Source: the human T2T-CHM13v2.0 reference genome, Homo sapiens. From it: a DNA stretch of 64,000 nt. Positions 1 to 15,310 of this stretch are shown here, piece after piece. Where the stretch lies: NCBI RefSeq assembly GCF_009914755.1, contig NC_060947.1. The stretch is one strand, 5' to 3'. Position 1 is the first letter of the stretch; every line of letters starts with the position of its first letter. The notes under the pieces were generated by a model. The model saw only the letters and a program-made list of their open reading frames with translations. It was not told the origin of the DNA and ran no database searches. The position numbers and the translations under genes were made by a program.

Positions 1-148
1 AATATTCTGCTGGAAAAGCAGAGATCAAAAAACAAGTATCAATTTGGAAGTAGAAGGGGAAAGAAGTGTGCGAAAAAATTAATGAACCTAGTGAACAACA
101 TAAAAGTTTCTAGAAAATGAAAACCAAACAGACATGAGCAAACTTTAC

Positions 149-203
149 CAGGCTCAAGCTCTCATCCCATGATTGGCTTATCTGCATTGCCGTTTGCATT
201 TCC
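149..203 (-). CDS. PABIR2: PABIR2 exon 5 (R-EMQTAMQISQSWDESLSL); gene continues beyond window start
   Basis: acceptor tttattttag|, donor CTG|GTAAAG; 55 nt; preceded by an 83-nt intron. Confidence 0.93.
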
Positions 204-286
204 CTAAAATAAACAAAGGGAAGGGCCGTCAGTGTTTACAAACAAGACACTTATTAGGCTAGGCCCTGCTCTTGCAAAGCACTAAC

Positions 287-330
287 CTTTCATGTGCAGT
301 TTCTCTGTTCACCATATCCAGGCCTTCTTC
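287..330 (-). CDS. PABIR2: PABIR2 exon 4 (EEGLDMVNRETAHE+AG)
   Basis: acceptor gtctttgcag|, donor AG|GTTAGT; 44 nt. Confidence 0.93.
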
Positions 331-643
331 CTGCAAAGACAAACATATATGCTAAAAAGGCAGGATCACTGACAAAATATTAACTCTTCCACACACTGCA
401 ATTTTTATCCACATAGTTCTCTGCTTCAAATAAAATAAAAAGACTTTTTCTACCTCATTGACATAATCACAGTAGAGTGGAACATTCATGCCGCTTGTAT
501 ATTTTATCTACACGCTCCAGAAGAATTATAATCTGTCTCCAACTAACCAGAGTTGCATCCTAATTCATTTTAATATCTACGTCTTTAAAATAAAAATGTA
601 AAATCCAAAAAATTTCCAATCTGAGCTAGTAAGTAAAATTTAC

Positions 644-700
644 CCTTTTGATCTGATGCAGTCTGCTACTAGGAATACGATTAGGTGAGGATGACAGCAA
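644..700 (-). CDS. PABIR2: PABIR2 exon 3 (LLSSSPNRIPSSRLHQIKR), symmetric 57 nt
   Basis: acceptor ttttctttccag|, donor AGG|GTAAAT; contains the family motif SRLHQIK. Confidence 0.92.
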
Positions 701-1604
701 CTGGAAAGAAAAAGTAAACATTTACTATTTTCTGAATCACAAAGCAGCAGTCTGCTGTCAGTACTGGCGTACAACCTCTTCCTAGGTAAGTTTTCATATT
801 CTTCTTCAAAATTTAGCTCTTTAGATCACTGAACGTTAATGCACTAAAGGCAGTACATTTAGTCTTCAAAAAGTACACCAGGTGTCCAACCTCAAAGCGC
901 CATCTGTTGCTAGACAGACACTGACTTCAGCACTTTTCCCAAATGAATGTGAAGCTACGTAAATTTAGAGAAATAAAGACTATGGGCCTTAGAAATATCC
1001 ATTATCCCACTTATCTAAAATAAAGAACAATATGAGAAGGGAAAGAAAAAAAAACACCAATGTTATTAATTTTTATTATCAATGCAGCAATGGGGGAAGA
1101 CAGGCTAATAAGTCTAGTATATAATATTTTGTCTATGATTGATGATTTTCAAAAACACTTTAAAACTGCAATAAGGAGGTTTTGCTTTCACGATCCAAAT
1201 CCATTCTAAAATCTCATCATATGCTATCACTACAAATCTTACTAGTTAACAAAAAACAATTTGGAAAGACAAGGTGTATCTTTAAAATAACTGATGCTTT
1301 CCCTTAGATCATCATTTTTTAATAACACAAAGCAGAAATGATTTGGAGGCCAAATTATGTTCCTTCACAATAATTACAAGCTGGTCACAAACTGTAAGAC
1401 ACAATTCATATCAACAGGTCTTAGAGAGTTCTAGTGGTCATAATATAAACGACTACTATTTATTCTATAACGAAATGCAAGTGAACTTGTAATACTATAA
1501 AACCAAATAACAATTATCCTGTTTAAGAGGCCCTACACTATTAAAACTTATTTGAATACTAATGTAGTGAGCAGTATAAAATAGTGATAAAATGCTCTAA
1601 GTTT

Positions 1605-1935
<331 letters not shown>

Positions 1936-4857
1936 ACTGGTGAACTCTTAATAAGATCATTTAGAAAACACCAAGCTACAAGGCAAGCAAATACAGCAGG
2001 AAGACTCTCCAACAGGAGACTGTGGAAGAGAGCGCAGACGTGTCACTTAGGGAAACCCAAGAAACTGAAGAAGCAGTGAAATGATCAGGAAAGCTGACAT
2101 GAGGATGGCCAAAAACTAACTGGGGAGAAAGTCAGAAATTTACATGCTACATTTACATAATATACAACTTGACAATTTTAGACAAAACTGGAAAGAAGAC
2201 CAGAAAGAAGAACAGAGCAAAGCTGTGTGTAGTACCAGAAACAACAGGGCAATGTGTCGGCTTAAAAAAAAAAAGAAAAGAAAAAGCCAGAACTCCAAGG
2301 AGGTGCTGGCTAATGGGGTTAAATAAAGCAAAGAGGTCAAGGGGGATAAGCAACGAGGCCCCTGACATTGGCAGTTAAGTGGGTACTGGTGACTTTTGCA
2401 AGAACAGTTTTTTAATGGAGTTGTGGTAGAAGCAGCATGATTACAAACTGGCCAGAAATGAGGAGACAAGGAATTAGAGGCAGTGGAGTGTAGATTATGC
2501 TTTGAAAGAACTTGGAGAGGGGAAGGAAAAGGGAAGGAGAGACCTACGAAAAAGAAAACAGTTTGTTTTCCCCCATCAGATGAGTGAGTCTGGAGAAGGT
2601 GGAAAGAAGAGAGCCCGTGAGGAATAGGGAAAAGATACAAGATAGAGAGGAGATGATAGACCGAGCAAAGCAACAGGAGAGTCAAAAGCATATGAACCAT
2701 TGGGGAGAAATGCCATATGTGAAGCTAAAGGCATTTCAAGGCAAAGAAAGCTGACATTTACACAAGATAGGTGTCTGTCTTCTTTGTAAAGTAAGAAGGG
2801 TCATCTGCTCAAAGTAAAAAGTGGTTACACTGGAAGCGGACAGAATCTTTTAAAAAAGTGAGAATACTGCTTTGAAGAATATCATGGGGCCAGAGGCACC
2901 TTAAATCCAATTATGTCCCAAAGAATTCATCTTTTTCCCCTTCAAACTACCAATCTCTACTCCTACTAAAGGCAGCGCCAACCCCCGGTCACCAAAATAC
3001 AAAATTTCCATCACTTGGAGTCTTCCTTCTCTTAGTCCTTATATCTAATCAGCTGGTGAGCCATGAAGATCCTACATCTGCATATCCAGTCCATTTCATT
3101 TGTAAACACCTTACTCATCACAGGTTACCATGGGACACAGATAAACGTACTAAGATTTATAGCACATCCTGTGATAGAGTGTATATAGTGTAATTAATAT
3201 TATGATAGTTGTGGAAGCCTGCCCAAAGGAGATATAAGGATTAAACTGAGTTTTGGAAGACCAAAAAGCTAGAAAGGAGAGGGGTAGGAATGAAAAGATG
3301 ATAAGGATCAACAAAGAGCAGTGAGTCACCATGGCCCTTTCAGAAAACTAGGTATTTCAGTGAGAGATGAACCTAGACCATGGTTGATAAGAATCTTCTC
3401 ATCTTACAAAAGAGGTAAGTGAAGTGTAGAGAGGCAAATTCACTTTCCCTTCTTTGCTATGCTACTGTTATCAGGAGCATGGCTGTATAACATGTATAAA
3501 CATTTTTTCATATATCCAGCAAAAATAAGTAATATTTTCCAGTGTCCTCAGAGAAGGAGGTGAAATGAATGAAACCTCCAGATAGCTAACATTTCCCCCT
3601 GTAAGTATTTTCAGCCATTTCAGTTGGAAATCTTTCTACAATGTGTTCTATTTTTCCCTTTCTTAAACAAATTATACCAAACAGAATTGCACTGGGAGAT
3701 CTCTATTCTAATCCCAGTTCTACCACTTACTAATTGTGCGATTCTGAGCAAGTGACTTCTAACGTCTTGAGTTTTAGCTGCTGCTTCTTTTAATTGGGAA
3801 AAATATCTTTGCCCTCCCTATTTCATAGGGGCTGTTATGACAATTAAATGTGTGAAAGTACTTTGTAATACGTAAAATACTATGCAAGTGTAGGTATTAC
3901 TAGAATTTATGAATAAGTTAATGACCCAGGTATCCTTAAGAACGTAAATTATTATATGATTCTACACCAGTGACACGCTTGGGGTGTACTAACAGGCTCT
4001 TAGCCCTTATACTAATTAGCCACAAACTAATTTTTTAAAAACATCTGTTTTTCAGTTTTTCCCTCTCCTCCCTTGCTAGCAGCTATTAGTATACTTTTAA
4101 CCAAAATGCATCTCTTCTAATTTGCTGCTTCTCACACACTATTGGATTGGAAGCTTATTATAATTGTGCATACATTTTAGATGATTCAGAGGTCAGAGGC
4201 TCTCCTATAAATAAACCGATGAACCTCTGTGCACAGACTATGGAAATCTAGTTCTGCCATTTAGGGATCTATCTTCTTTCACCTCGGATGTCTTCCAGAG
4301 AATTGAAGCTGCTTGATAAGTGAGTTCCACATGTGAACTGCTACTATATAAAAAACCTCATCATAATTTCTCCCAATGCGACCAACTAATAAAGCAATCC
4401 CTGACAGCTCTGGCTATAGAGATCAGTCACAATCAGTAACTCTTCAGAGAATATAAATACAAGCATTTTAAAGGAGTCTTCATTTTGGAAAACCAGCATT
4501 GTTTAACAGGTAAGTGTCAGAAACAAACACTCTGCTACCTTTAAGTGATTTGTGCATCCTACGACAAATGAAGACCACTGTTCTCAGCTATAATTAGGAG
4601 TTAATCCTGACTTACCTCACAAGCCTGATGCAAGTAGTGACAAATAATAATGAACAATTTTAAAAAATACAAAGTCACACAGCAAAGAAAAATTTTTAAC
4701 CATGTATCCTTTTGGTACCAAAAGCTGAATGGCCACAGCATAAGCAGTAAACAACATAGGTAAAATCAATCTTTTCTTTCTTAAACAATTGTGCATAGCA
4801 CATCATTTTAAGAAAGAACTCCATTTCAAAGTATTTTCCCCAATCTAAATCACTTCA

Positions 4858-4995
<138 letters not shown>

Positions 4996-7170
4996 TTAGT
5001 AATGTTTTCTAATGGAAGATCTCTTTCAAATACATTAGCATCAGTTATCTAGTTAACAACGAAATCTTCCATGGCTCCTCATTTCATACAGAGAATGAAC
5101 TCCTCACCGTCCTCTCTGCAGAGCTTCCCAAGTGGTATGCTGTGGATTATGGGTTTGCAGAGATACTGATCTCAGTGGTCGGGGGGCAGCTGGGAGAGGT
5201 GATGCAGGCGGAGCTCCAGACTGGTTGACTCTAGCTGCTTCTGGTCAGAGCTACGCCCCCAAACCGGTTACCACCAGACCTGAGCAGCCTCATCTGTTTA
5301 CCCCAGAGAACCAATGAGTACTGTTTTCTGTGTTTGCCATGATGCGAAAAGGGGTGAGGAGCATTGTTCTACAATATGAGCTGGATCAAGACATCTCCCC
5401 TCTCACCCTAAACATGTGTCCTACCTTTGAACACTGCTGTTTGATGGAATAAACATAGCTGAGATTGTTGCCCCTTCTGCCTCAAATGCTCTCCCTCCTG
5501 CCAACATCTATTAAAATCCTTCCTGTCCTTCCACATCCATCTTGAATGCCATACCCTTCAGTGAAGGCATGGCACAAACCTCTCTTCAATCCACAAACGG
5601 AATGCAATCACTCTCTCCTTTGAACCCAAAGAGTACACTGGGAGATGAGATGCTTCTTGAGACACCTACTTTGTCTCTTAATTAAAGAGAAATGTGGATG
5701 TGTCTTAAACCCATTGGTAGAGAGGTGTTTTGTTAATCTTTGTATAATATCCCTGCAGTGCCTAGCAGAGGGCGATGCCCACAATAAGGATGAGAATTCC
5801 AGAAGGATTTTCAGAACTGAACTGCACTGGGCTTTCAGGGCCCACTGAGATCACCTAATTCAGCTCTCTTAATTTTCAAAGAGAGAACAGCCTCAGAAAG
5901 GTTAAATGACTCATTCGTGATCATAGCTAGTTAGTGAAAACTGGGACCAGGCCTGGTCTCCTTGCCCCTTCTTGTGTCACATCATGCTGTGTTTTCAGTG
6001 ATTATTTAAATCATGATTCAAAAAACAGTATGTTTTTGCTACAATAGTCTAAATACAGGTCAATAGAATTGCTGAAGTCCCTAGCAATTGCTTGCTTATG
6101 AGATTTCAAAAGACAATCAGAAAAAGACCAGTTTATTGTTATAGTAACCAAAATAAATGCAGGGCCAAGGACAGCAACAGGAAAGCAAAAAGTCACTCCT
6201 ACATTCCCTCAGTTTCAAAATTATACTTAATAAATGAAAAAGTCAACCTGTTTTTTCCCCAAAATATGGATGTTATAATCAGTTCAACAGCAAGGATTAT
6301 CTCTTTCTTTGCCTTCACTGTGCTTGATTAATATGTTTTTGGCTAATTGTACTCTCATCTCCTTTTTTGGACTAATGCCATTTCTACAGGGTCTCGCAAA
6401 TTGGCTCTCTACCTAAGATGAATTGTCTCCTTATAAAAGTGAAATACAATAGGCTCAGGAGGTGAGCCAACCTAACCTTCACTATTACAAGATGCTACCT
6501 TAAAACAGACCCTCGATGACTTATTGACATGAAAACACAAGACCCTACCACTGAAATTGAAGAGTCGATTCTCTCCACCGTTTTCTAAAACCTGCCTTTT
6601 CACTGACCCTAAGCTACAGACCACCCTTCTTTTTTATTCACTGCAATGCATTTCAGGCAGTTTTAGAACCTGAAAACATTAGGGCAAATCCAAATCACGT
6701 ACTACGATGTGAACATACCACTTAATTACAAGTTATTAGATAAATTGTGATTTATTAAAGTAAACATCTGTTAATGCCAGGATTCCTAAACTAAGCTTAG
6801 AAATAGCAGCTCTGAGAGACAGGTGTCAAGTTGCACATCTAGTTCCAGGGGCTTCGATCTGACATTCCCTGGTGTAAGTTAGTCGGGGCAAGCAACCTGT
6901 CAGAAGAGCCAGAAGCTTTCTGCAGTTCCTTTTACAGAGGGACAACATGGCCCCAGGTAGAGGGGGACCGTTTCCTCCACACTGCCCAAAGTTGGAGATT
7001 AAACTTTCACTCCACCTTGGGACCCAAGTCACTGTCAAGCAAACAAGTCGCCACCCCCTCAGGTTGAAGAGCCCAAATGAGCTCAAACGTGCACTTTAAG
7101 GAAGGAAGATTGCTTGCATGGGGGCAAGGAGCCCCTGAATCCTGTACTCCATCCTCCCCAACCCTGCTCA

Positions 7171-7302
<132 letters not shown>

Positions 7303-7359
7303 TCAGCTCCTGGTGCTTAGCTATGGACTCCCAAGACTCTCACTGCAGGACTGAGCTGC

Positions 7360-7815
7360 TGGGGACTGGCAGCTGGGGGCGGGGGCTAAGGGGCGGAGGC
7401 TTGGGGACGGGGGCGGGGGCTGGGGGCGGAGAAAAGTAGGAGAGGAGGAGGGAAGGAGGATGATGATGAGGAAGGGAGGATGATGGTGAGGCAGGAGAGG
7501 AGGACGAAGAGGTAGTGGTGGAAGGTGACAGAATGAAGGAAAAGGATGAAGGAAAGAAGGATGGAGGGAAAACAAGGATGGAGGGAGGAGGGAAGAGGGA
7601 GGGAAAAGGATAGGTGGAAAAGCAGGAGGACAGAGAGGATAAGAGGAGGGCAGAGGGGGGAAAGGGAGAGGAAGGGGGCGGAGGAGGGAGGGGAAGGGAG
7701 AGGGCAGAGGGGAGGGAGGAGGACAGAGGGTAAGGGAAAAGAAGCGCAGGGGCGGGAAAGAAGGAGGTGGTCTGGGAAGAGGAGAGAGGAGGGAGAAGAG
7801 GAGGGGGAGGAAACT
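7360..7815 (+). repeat. G-run cluster plus ~380-nt polypurine (GA-rich) tract upstream of the PABIR2 ATG
   Basis: GGGGC-type runs at 7360-7430, then near-pure A/G sequence; source of low-complexity ORFs 7546..7854 and 7321..7575. Confidence 0.85.
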
Positions 7816-7819
7816 AGGC

Positions 7820-8420
7820 AGCGGCGGAACTCATGCTGCTATCTTTCCGGCTGAGGACCACAAGCGGGGCCGGGCTACAGATGCTGCGGCTGCCCGGGCA
7901 GCGCTAGCACCGAGGACCTGACAGTCGGGTAGGACCCGGCCGGGCGGCCTTGGCGGCTCCAGCTCCCCATGCTCGGGGACCCGGTCCAGCCCCCCATGCT
8001 CCCGGACCCGGTCCCGGAGGCTCCTCAGCCCTGGGATCGGTGCTTCTCCCCTCCCTGCCCCCCTCCCGCCTCGAGGACAGGTTGGGGGTTCGGCCTCTCA
8101 GCCGCCGCCGCGGTGCCTCCTCTTCCTCTCTCGGGTTCTAATGGTCTGGGGGAACCCGTTGGGGCCAAGACCAAAATCTACAACCTGCAGTCTCTTCCGC
8201 CTCCCACGCTTCAGAAGCGGGAACCTCCGCTGGGCCAGTTCTTCCGCGTCCGGGCACCCATCGGGTCCTGCGCACGCGTCCAGCGGCCACTCCAATGGGC
8301 CCGCGGGCACGGAGCGTGCGTGGGAGCCCCGCCTCGAAATCCGCCTCCAAAGGGGAGGAGCGTTTCCAGGGGGCCCGGCGCCTTCCTCGATGGCATTGGC
8401 CTGGGGACCCTGGCGCCCAA
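7820..8420. promoter_or_regulatory. CpG island: PABIR2 promoter/first-exon region, probably bidirectional
   Basis: high GC and CpG density just upstream of the PABIR2 ATG. Confidence 0.85.
7969..8080 (+). CDS. PABIR3: Candidate coding part of a distal PABIR3 first exon (MLGDPVQPPMLPDPVPEAPQPWDRCFSPPCPPPASRT+G)
   Basis: ATG 7969, donor CAG|GTTGGG at 8080/8081, phase 1; joins in frame with no stop to acceptor 18604 and ATG 18663; weak Kozak, inferred. Confidence 0.4.
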
Positions 8421-8874
8421 TTTTGAAAAGAACCAATAGTTTGAAAATGCTGGAGCATCAGCTTTCAGGAGGAGTTTGGGCCAATATTCATGGGAAATAG
8501 AGAAAAACATGGGGTTTCCATGTTATTTCACTCCTAATTTGTACGCTCCGACCTCTGTGATCCCCACTCATGCCTTAAATCCCTCGATTTTGTTGGTCTT
8601 TGTCTGCAGGGGCTGATTTCTTTTTCAGATCATCCATTCGGATGCACTAGACAAAAGAGAAGTGGGAAAACAAACGCAATGGGTAAAAATAAAGCGAATA
8701 TCATGACAGTTCGTATAGCTAATGAGAAACTCAGCTCCCTTTTGCAAGCACCTTTAGATTCAACAAAACTAGGAAAAGTCCTGAAGAACGGGTAGCAAGC
8801 AGAACCAAATGTTTTTTCTTACTAGGAATTACAGAGTCCCTAACAATCATGCCTCAGCGTGGGTGAGATCTGGA

Positions 8875-9183
8875 TTTTTTTTTTTTTTTTTTTTTTAAAC
8901 AGAGTCTCGCTCTTTCGCCCAGGCTGGAGGGCAGTGCACGATCTTGTCTCACTGCAACCTCTGCCCCACCCCGCCTGGGTTCAAGCGATTCTCTTGCCTC
9001 AGCCTCCCAAGTAGCTGGGATTACAGGCGCCTGCCACCACGCCTGGTTAATTTTTTGTATTTTTAGTAGAGACGGGGTTTCGCCATGTTGGCTAGGCTGG
9101 TCTCGAACTCCTGACCTCAGGTGATCCACCCGCCTCGGCCTCCCAAAGTGCTGGGATTACAGGCACGAGCCACCGCGCCCGGT
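8875..9183 (-). mobile_element. Alu
   Basis: Alu consensus; TSD-like gatctggattttt / gatttggattttt. Confidence 0.9.
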
Positions 9184-9271
9184 CAAGATTTGGATTTTTT
9201 ATTTAACAAACACCTACATAACACTTGTTATGTGCTAGGCACTATTCTAAGAGTTATAGAAATATTAACTC

Positions 9272-9601
9272 TGTCGTGGGTGTGACTGGCCAGTGGTGCA
9301 GGTGCTAAAGAAATTTACGGAGACAGTCACAGGTAACGAAAGGCAGATTTATTAGAGAATATATGAAAATATGTTGCAAGGATGCAATGGGCAGCACTGC
9401 AGAGGAGCTGTCTGCAAAGAGGCAGGGGCTGGAGGGAAGTTTTATAGGGTCATGCTGGAGGCGGGTAGGTGCAGAAAGAGGTCATGCTGCTGGGGCCACT
9501 GTGTGGAAGGTGTGCCCTCTGGTTGTTTGTGTTCATTGTTCTTCCCCACCTGGGGCCCACCTGGCCCCTTTCTCATTGTTGCTTATTCTCAGGACTCCAC
9601 A
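9272..9601 (-). mobile_element. 3' LTR of the provirus
   Basis: direct repeat of 14112-14437; minus-strand CTATAAAA (9440-9447) and AATAAA (9348-9353). Confidence 0.85.
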
Positions 9602-10728
9602 TCCCACCACCGTAACACCCCTCAGAACACCAATGACAAATCTTTGACACTGGGGCTGAGGTCTCATCTTCCAACTGCTTCCTGCTGATTAGGGGTGTGG
9701 AGTTGACCCCACCTATGGTTGTTGGTCTGTCAAGAGACCCTGTGGGTCATTGTCCCAGATTGTGGGACTTAGGATATTGAATCTTGCTGGAGGAAGGGAC
9801 TCATCACAGAGTGGGAGTATGTCAAGGCAAAACTGGTGACCAGCCGAATCCAGGGGAGACTCATAAAGGTAGCAGGCATCACTGGGGAGAGACTGATATC
9901 CCATTTACGCATTACTTGAAAGTGAAACTGCTGAATTCTAGAAGATAAAAGTTTGTTTCTTAAGCCAGTTACTGAAAAGGCAAACAAACAAACAAACAAA
10001 CCCCACAACCATTTGCAGTGTGACTGTTTTTCCTTATTGGAAGCCCATTTAGTTAGCCTGGAAGTTAAACTCAATGAAAAAGTGTTTAAATGTAATTAGA
10101 CACAAGAAGAGTGTATTCAGGGTTATGAGTATAGCAGGTGAATACATAACTCTTAGGAAAAGCGTGAAAAGTTTTTTTTTTTACATTGAGAATTTAGACA
10201 TATTTTTTAAAAGCCAAGCGTACAGAATTAAGTTATATTAGAGGAAAACATTGCTTAATTTTTTTGATTTTCAAGATGAAATATTTTAGCATTAGGCCAT
10301 AATAACAGAATTGGAGGAAAAAGTTACAGGAGCTGACAAAAAATGAAGGAGAGAGTTATTATCTTTGGCATTCTCCGGGAAGAAAAAGCTGAAAGCAGCA
10401 GGGCACAGCAAAAGTTGAACTGAGATATTATTCTGTGAAGCTTTAACTTCTTACAGTTTTATTAAGACCAGATTAATATCTTAAGAAAATCTTGTTTTTA
10501 ACATAGGGGACCAATGTTAGACTATCCTAAATAATTCCCTTTCAGTTATAACCAACTTAAACACATAGAAAATTCCTTTCATAACTTCTCCTTTGCGAAC
10601 CTTCTCACTACTTGCACAGACCATTTATGACATGGACTTTCTGACTTGGACATCAGGGCTTTCTGACTTGTCCTAAACACCCCTTTCTTAAACAACAGGT
10701 CATTTTACTTTAGGACAAAAATTTGTCA

Positions 10729-12074
<1,346 letters not shown>

Positions 12075-12599
12075 TCAAAGCCAGGAATTGAACCCAGGCG
12101 CCATTGTGATAGGGCAAAGCCTTAGCAACTGACCTACAGCACAAGGTGACTACTGTTGTTTTACCATGAGTTTAGAGCATTTTCAAGTTTGCAAAAGGTT
12201 TTAACTGCTCAAGAGAATTTTCTAAGACTAGCCATGTTACTATTATGCATCCTTCTTTTAATTTAACCATTTTCTTTTCATGGTGCACTCAATTCCAATA
12301 GTGACTCAATCTAAATAAAAGTCCAGATAGTAATTTTCCAGGTTTTTACCACATAAGCAAAAGGTATTTCCAGAAAGGGGTAGAGGGGGCATCTCCATGA
12401 TAGGCAGCATTTTAACTCAAAAGGGAAGTTTATAATACTTGCCACCTCCAGAGTTGCCCTTGGTTTTGTTTTGTTGATGACTCATGTTTGATCTGGAAGC
12501 TAGCCAAAGCAGAAAGCCCCCATTCAGCTTAAGGCCTGATGATCATCAGGGGTTGGGATTATGTCCCAGGGACCCTTTGGCCCTCCAGGGCAGTCCCAT

Positions 12600-12900
12600 T
12601 TCCAGTGGCCGAGCTTGTGGCAGAGGGGGCAAGCCATGCGGGGGTTTTTCGTCATTCATGCCATAGGGCCAGTTTGCCTTCCAGTGGCCTGGGCTTCTGC
12701 ACTGATGGCAGTTATCTGGAGGAGTATCCTTAGGGCAGCCTGGAATGGAGGCTGGGGGCTTGCAAAGCAGCCAACAGTTGAGCCTGCTTCTTGTCCCTGC
12801 ATTTTTCTTTCTCCTTAGCCCTGTCCTTATCCTGCTCTTGGTTATAAAAGACTGAGGAGACTGATTTGAGGTTTTCTGCATAGGGGCCATGCTGTATTAC
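12600..12900 (-). pseudogene. Decayed retroviral gag (nucleocapsid) remnant
   Basis: ORF 12546..12890 contains CHQCRSPGHWKANW, a CX2CX4HX4C knuckle with the last C changed to W. Confidence 0.7.
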
Positions 12901-12995
12901 AAAAGAAAATTCGACTTTTTTTTTTTTTTTAATCTGAGGGTTACATTTGTCTCAGCGTTTTGGGATGCAACTCATAGGTGAGTCTGACGGAATAG

Positions 12996-13482
<487 letters not shown>

Positions 13483-14111
13483 TAGAAAGGACATCTCAGC
13501 GCTGGGGCCTTACGCTGGATGGTTAGCCCCGGTACAAGGAAAAAGGGTAAAGGAAGAACTCAGCCTGGTCCCATCCCAGGAGAGAGGACCAGAATGGGGA
13601 GACTCACTGCTCTGAGGCTGCTTGCTATCACCTAATTTGGGAACGTCCAGAGCAGGAGGTCTGGCTGTTTTTGCAGGACTATTTAGAGTAAGAAAGAGGG
13701 GCTCTGAGCTCCCCAAAACATATGTGCCAATTGCACTACATAGGGATTGCAGACCTTTTCGCCAGAAGAGATAGGAGAGGGCCTTCTTCCCTTCTAGGCA
13801 AGGCAGCCAAACCTGTTCACACCCGCTGGCCTTGAGGCCACACCAGGAAATGGCCCTGACCAGTTGCCATCAATTGCCAGAGGGATACTAGAATTTGTCC
13901 TCTGGAAGACTGAAAAGTAAAGCAAATTCTGAAGTCTCACAGAATCGTGGGACAGCAGTCTGGTGTCTTTCCACCAGGACCTTCTGGTTCCCTGGGGAGC
14001 AGCCCCGGCCAGGGACTTAAAATTATCTCAGGGTTTTGACACTGTCCAACGAGAGGTTGGAATTGGAGGAAAGGGAGAAAGTAGGGGAGAGGCCCATACG
14101 AACTACCAAAA

Positions 14112-14437
14112 TGTTGCAGGTGCAGCTGGCCAGTGGCGCAGGTGGTAAAGGAATTGACCAAGACAGTTGTAGGTAAAGAAAGGCAGATTTACTAGAGAAG
14201 GTATGGAAGTATGTTGCAAGGAGGCAAAGGGCAGCACTGCAGAGGAGGAGCTGTCTGCAAAGAGGCAGGGGCTGGAGGGAGCTGGAGGGGGCTGCATGTG
14301 GAAACAAGTCATGCTGCTGGGGCCACATGTGGAAGGAGGTCTTTGTGCCCTAGGTCTCTCAGAACAATTTTTCATTGTTCTTCCCCACCTGGGGCCCCTT
14401 TCTCATTGTTTCTTACTTATCTTATCAGGACTCCACA
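14112..14437 (-). mobile_element. 5' LTR of the provirus
   Basis: begins TGTGGAGTCCTGATAAG on the minus strand; followed by the PBS-like sequence. Confidence 0.85.
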
Positions 14438-15164
14438 AACTCTTTTAATCCTCACCACTTGAATGGCCCTGGGGAAGAGAAGGCCATTGCATTGAAATGT
14501 AATAGTTCTGAAATTGCTTTCAAAATTCAGCCAGAAATAATAATTTTGCCTGCCTCTTTTCAATTATCCCATACTAAACTTGCCAAGGCCAATTATCATT
14601 TTATTCCTCACTGTTTATGCTTTCTGCCTGCAGTATGAGGGATTTGTAAGTACTTTTAGATAGTTTCCTTTAAATTGCCTGTATTTTTCTCCCAGCTAGA
14701 TTAGAAACAACAACCTCTGTTTTTGAGCAACTTAGGTATCTCTTTTTATCTCAAGGTCTCAGCAACCCTTAAGGCCAGCCCCACCTCCTACTCCCTGCTC
14801 AAAAGAAATTATAATACATTCTTTTGTTCACAATAGCTACTAAACAATCATTTGTTGACCACATGCATGCACTGACCTCAGGAGCTTAACAATTTAGGAG
14901 AACGCGAGGAGAATAATGCTACTTTGGCCATCATTTCTAGGTTTTATTAACATCATTCTTGCCTGCTAGTTTTTTTTTTTTTTTTAACCTTTCATGTAAA
15001 TCTTTTGGGAAGGTTTGGGGTGTTTGTGGTTTGTAGATTTGGGTTTGACTTGTATTTGACTTGCTCTTGTGGTAACTAAAGGTTACAACGTAGCTTCAAG
15101 GTTGTCATGACAACTGGTAAAATAAAGAGCTGATTATCACATGTTTGTTGGTTCCCTTTTATAG

Positions 15165-15310
15165 GTGAGGGCCTGGGACAGACGCAGCAGACTGGGATAT
15201 GCAAAGAGAGGAGTAGCCTAATTGTCAAGTCTAGATCTAACAAAAGCAGTGTCCCAAGATCATGGCATATTTCCCTGGAACTGGAAGGACTGATCAAGAA
15301 ACACAGCTAG
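15165..15310 (+). CDS. PABIR3: Candidate PABIR3 upstream exon; ATG 15262 encodes MAYFPGTGRTDQETQL+G
   Basis: acceptor gttcccttttatag|, donor TAG|GTTGGT; ATG in strong context (atcATGg); phase 1, in frame with 18604->18663. Confidence 0.6.

Noticed and set aside
781-791. Perfect plus-strand donor TAG|GTAAGT antisense to PABIR2
   Set aside because: No supportable upstream exon or promoter on that strand; expected by chance
2140-2700. 186-aa hydrophobic minus-strand ORF
   Set aside because: Complement of a purine-rich, L2-like intronic stretch; non-ATG start and no family resemblance
7969-8510. 156-aa and other unspliced ORFs in the CpG island as independent genes
   Set aside because: Stop-poor GC-rich DNA; only the part up to donor 8080 is supported by frame fit
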